Source: a virus (taxonomy: Duplodnaviria; Caudoviricetes). From it: a stretch of DNA of 28,971 nucleotides. A program made the translations under genes and the position numbers. The stretch is from IMG/VR virus record IMGVR_UViG_3300020045_010968, positions 1 to 28,971 of that record. The stretch is one strand, 5' to 3'. This document shows positions 25,509-28,971 of this stretch, one piece after another (positions within the stretch are counted from its first letter, which is position 1; every line of letters begins with the position of its first letter). The notes below the pieces were generated by a model, which saw only the letters and a program-made list of their open reading frames with translations, made no database searches and was not told the DNA's origin.

Positions 25509-27644
25509 ATGGCTAAAACAATTTATCACAAAACAGCATTGACTGGTGGTGGCACAGGAGCACTTGATGCTGTTGATGGGGTTGTATTACTTGATGGTGA
25601 TGCAGCTTTTGTCCTTGTTGGTAATGTATCATACCAATATATACTAGATGATAATTCAGCGGCGGCAGAAAGCTCCCCTGATATTCTTGCTCCTGATACT
25701 CACCCTGGAGACAAAAGATGGATATTACAAAAAGTATATATAACAAGTGGAGTAAGTGGAACATTGCCTGTAGCAAATGGCGGGACTGGGATTACTACCA
25801 TCACCGACCATGGGATCATGTTGGGATCTGGGACAAATGCAGTTACTCCTATGGCTGTAGGTGCAACTGGCGAGGTTGTGGTTGGGCAAACTGGTGCTGA
25901 TCCTGTTTGGTCTTCAGCTCCGGTCATTGGTACATCTATTACCGTTCCTATTGTCTACGGATCATCTGCTGATAACGGAGATATTACGATTGAAGGGACT
26001 AGTAGTGCAACTAAGACAACAAGTAATGTGGTGCTGCAATCTACTGGTGGCAACGTCGGAATCGGGACGACTGATCCAGTATTTGATGCTAATGGCGCTT
26101 CTGGCGGAACTTATCTCACTTTAAAATCAGGATCTACTCTTTCTGAAATAGGGGTAGCATTAAACCAGGCGAATGTTACCGGGTATCTTGGTGCGTACGC
26201 TTTCGCAAATTATGCGCTTGGTGCCACAGAAAAGCGAAATGCGGCAATATTTGGGGCAAATGATGGAGAGACGAATTCAGGAAATATACAGTTCTGGACA
26301 TCAAATGCTGGTACTTTGGCTGAGGTTATGCGAATTGCTAAGAATGGTAATGCTGGTTTTAACACATCAACCTTTGGAACCTCCGCAGCCAAAGTCCTTG
26401 CGCTTGGTGAAGGAACAGCTCCAACTACTTCGCCTGCTAATGCAGCTCAGGTTTGGTCCGCAGACCGGAGCGGAGTCGCTGGCTCCAATACTCTTCATAT
26501 GAGAGATGAATTAGGTAACATTGGACCTGTTGGATTTGAAGGAGTGACAAGAGGACAAGCAGCTTCTACTACAGCAACTACACCTGCACTCACTGGCAAT
26601 GTTACAACTTCTGGAACCTCAACTACCGTTGTTTTCTCTGTTGCAGCAGATGCGGTTCTTGCAGGATATAGGGCAGTTGGGCCTATTCTTGGAACTACGG
26701 TTATCGCAAATTCGCTCACTAGGTATATTACCGCTTGGACAAACTCTACAACCTGTACAGTTGATTCTGCTGTTGATTGGGACCCTGGAGTTGCGATTAC
26801 AAGTGTGCAGTTGCCGATTACTACTTTTGTGGATAGTGCAGGAGTGACGAAAGGGTGGTTGAATGCGGCTGGAAATATGTATTTTGCGGAAAATGTTGGG
26901 ATTGGGAATAGCACTCCCGGCTCTACTATTTCAATAAAAAAACCATCCGGTTCTGTCCAGTTTGAACTTGCAAGTGGGTCTACATTAAGTTATGTGGGTC
27001 CTGGAGGTTCTACTTGGGATATCTGGACTCAGGCCAATTTACCCTTCGTACTTACTCTTAATTCCATTGAACAATTAAGGGTATTAACAAATGGCAACAT
27101 CCTCACTGGCGGCCTCACCGCAGCAGGCACTTCCGCAGCCAAGATGTTATACATGGGTGTTGGCACTGATGCATCAGATTCTCCTGCATCTGCGGCTGGA
27201 ATTGTTGTCAAGGATGTCGGCGGAGTGGCAGATAAAGCCGCTTTCCACATGCGTAATGAAGACGGGAAGAACGGCCCTATAGCATTTGCTTCGATCCAAG
27301 AATACCTCATCCACGACTCAGGTGCGATAACTGCGGAGAAATTGTACGGAGGGCAGATTAATACCTACGGGCAAGATGCAGACGCGACTCTGACTCTTCC
27401 TGCTGCTGTACTTGGGATGAACTTTATCCTCTTTATCGGGACTACAGTTGCCAAGTATCTAAGGCTTGATCCTGATGGAGGGGATAGTATCTATCTCGAT
27501 GGAGTTACTACTGGCGATGGAAAATATATAGGAGTGGCGAGTGCGGCCATTGGCAACATGGTACAGTTCTCTACTGCAACAACTGCTGGTGGAGTGGCTT
27601 GGATAGCCTCAACGGTAAGTGGTGCGTGGGTGGCGGAGGCTTAA
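25509..27644 (+). CDS. Tail fibre protein (711 aa)
   Basis: GGAGGG SD; SGTLPVANGGTG, GNVGIGTTDP/ENVGIGNSTP fibre repeats, internal ~53-aa duplication, G/T/S/A-rich. Confidence 0.85.
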   Translation: MAKTIYHKTALTGGGTGALDAVDGVVLLDGDAAFVLVGNVSYQYILDDNSAAAESSPDILAPDTHPGDKRWILQKVYITSGVSGTLPVANGGTGITTITDHGIMLGSGTNAVTPMAVGATGEVVVGQTGADPVWSSAPVIGTSITVPIVYGSSADNGDITIEGTSSATKTTSNVVLQSTGGNVGIGTTDPVFDANGASGGTYLTLKSGSTLSEIGVALNQANVTGYLGAYAFANYALGATEKRNAAIFGANDGETNSGNIQFWTSNAGTLAEVMRIAKNGNAGFNTSTFGTSAAKVLALGEGTAPTTSPANAAQVWSADRSGVAGSNTLHMRDELGNIGPVGFEGVTRGQAASTTATTPALTGNVTTSGTSTTVVFSVAADAVLAGYRAVGPILGTTVIANSLTRYITAWTNSTTCTVDSAVDWDPGVAITSVQLPITTFVDSAGVTKGWLNAAGNMYFAENVGIGNSTPGSTISIKKPSGSVQFELASGSTLSYVGPGGSTWDIWTQANLPFVLTLNSIEQLRVLTNGNILTGGLTAAGTSAAKMLYMGVGTDASDSPASAAGIVVKDVGGVADKAAFHMRNEDGKNGPIAFASIQEYLIHDSGAITAEKLYGGQINTYGQDADATLTLPAAVLGMNFILFIGTTVAKYLRLDPDGGDSIYLDGVTTGDGKYIGVASAAIGNMVQFSTATTAGGVAWIASTVSGAWVAEA

Positions 27645-27645
27645 T

Positions 27646-28971
27646 ATGAGATTATTTACACCTCAGTCAATTGTGTATAGAGGAGTAGCTACCGGTTTAA
27701 GAATTTCAAGCGTTGATGGGATTGCGTTTGTGGATAATCTATTCCCAGAACTTGTGTCAAACGGAGATTTTCCATCTGCTACTACAGGTTGGACATCCGG
27801 AAGCAGCGCTTTGTTGTCTATTGATACGGGCATGCTTAAAGTCGCGCATAACGGAGGAAATTACCCCTACGGGAATCAGGCTATATCGACAGTTGTTGGG
27901 CAGAAATACACCTTTTCATACGCCCATAAAACTGGAGATGCAAACGGGTTAGCTAGACTATCCACAACCACATCATTGCTAGGAGATATTTACGACTCTG
28001 GCATGATTGGGGATGTTAATCTTACAACACGATCTATAACATTTACTGCTGTTGGAACTACTACATATGTTCAGTTGGCAGCGAATACTATCACACTTGG
28101 GCAATATACATTATTTGATAATGTTTCTGTTAAGGCTAGCGTTGGCAATTACATAGATAGCAACCACCTCATCGAAATCTACGACTCTGCCGGCAGGATG
28201 TATAGGGGGGTGCTAGGGAGTGTGGGGACGGGGGAGACGTACGGGAATAATTTGATAACAAACGGTGATTTCTCTACGGTAAGCATCACCTTCAATACTC
28301 CATCTGGTACTTTCGCAGATGGGGATACGGTTACTGGCCCAGGCGGCGGGTCAGGAACCTTTGTCTCTGATGCGGGAGGCGTCCTTATTCTATCGGGGGT
28401 CACGGGAACCTTTGTGGCGGCAGAAACGATTACCGGCGCACCGTCTGGAGCTACAGGAGTTGTGGTAAGCCAAAACCCAACTTCGTGGAGGAGCGATAAT
28501 GGAATTTTTACAAGTGTAACCGGAGGGCAAGACGGAAACTGTGTACAGATTACAGGGGCGTCAGTCGGCCCGAATCAAAATATTGCACAGTTGCAGACCG
28601 TGATCGCAGGAGCACTATATAATTACTCGTTTTACGTTAAGAGTGGGACAGGCGGTAACGAGGCGATGCGTGGACGGCTTGGTGGGACTAACCCTGTTGA
28701 TATTATTGGTACTTCTTCGGGAAGTTGGGTACAGTGGAGCTCTTACTATGTAAATGTAACCGATACCGCAAGATATTTATACGCTCGGCGTGATGCAGCA
28801 GACACGGGGAAGACTATTCTTTTTGATACCCTTAGTAACAGGCAAGTCCTCACCCCCTCCACTTCCGGGTCCAGCATAGTTTCCACCAAGGGCGGGGCAA
28901 CGCAGAACTTCAACTACAAAGATGCTTCCTTCACTCATAATGCGTCGAGCTACTATGTGATTGTGAAGAAG
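27646..28971 (+). CDS. Receptor-binding/tail-associated protein with two CBM4/9-like modules (stop outside window)
   Basis: Not in ORF track (no stop). ATG 27646 after GGAGG, open for 442 codons; ELVSNGDF...W...GQKYTFS...FDNVSVK and NLITNGDF...GALYNYSFYVK...FDTLS. Confidence 0.8.
   Translation, partial: MRLFTPQSIVYRGVATGLRISSVDGIAFVDNLFPELVSNGDFPSATTGWTSGSSALLSIDTGMLKVAHNGGNYPYGNQAISTVVGQKYTFSYAHKTGDANGLARLSTTTSLLGDIYDSGMIGDVNLTTRSITFTAVGTTTYVQLAANTITLGQYTLFDNVSVKASVGNYIDSNHLIEIYDSAGRMYRGVLGSVGTGETYGNNLITNGDFSTVSITFNTPSGTFADGDTVTGPGGGSGTFVSDAGGVLILSGVTGTFVAAETITGAPSGATGVVVSQNPTSWRSDNGIFTSVTGGQDGNCVQITGASVGPNQNIAQLQTVIAGALYNYSFYVKSGTGGNEAMRGRLGGTNPVDIIGTSSGSWVQWSSYYVNVTDTARYLYARRDAADTGKTILFDTLSNRQVLTPSTSGSSIVSTKGGATQNFNYKDASFTHNASSYYVIVKK

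Larger units (their letters stand above)
1..28971 (+). mobile_element. Siphovirus-type phage/prophage morphogenesis and lysis region (both ends outside window)
   Basis: Portal-protease-capsid-neck-tail-tape measure-fibre gene order, all on + strand with many overlapping stop/start codons; no sheath gene, no host genes, no integrase or att site visible. Confidence 0.97.

Noticed and set aside
25509-28971. Diversity-generating retroelement or invertible fibre cassette
   Set aside because: No reverse transcriptase, invertase or near-identical adenine-variable repeat pair seen within the window; cannot exclude one outside it
1-28971. Stop-codon reassignment
   Set aside because: Genes are intact under the standard code and TAA, TGA and TAG all end genes at sensible positions

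Overview
The whole window is one co-oriented (+ strand) late/structural operon of a long non-contractile-tailed (siphovirus-type, HK97-fold) phage or prophage. Order: portal (5'-truncated), ClpP-type prohead protease, major capsid, free-standing NUMOD3-HNH endonuclease, a block of six Ser/Thr/Gly/Ala-rich or small putative decoration/fibre genes, a lysis block (holin-like, SLT endolysin, tiny lipoprotein, DUF1353-like, 2-TM holin-like), head-tail connector carrying a ~200-aa insertion, head closure, tail terminator, a 59-aa ORF + SAM methyltransferase + triple-domain glycosyltransferase, major tail protein, tail chaperone with a clear -1 frameshift site, HK97 gp10-like, 1795-aa tape measure, two tandem paralogous tail-tip proteins, a tail fibre and a 3'-truncated CBM-bearing receptor-binding protein. 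The most interesting signal is a translationally coupled methyltransferase/glycosyltransferase cassette embedded between neck and tail genes. Together with many inserted surface domains, it suggests a glycan-decorated virion. All family assignments come from motif recognition by eye, not database searches.
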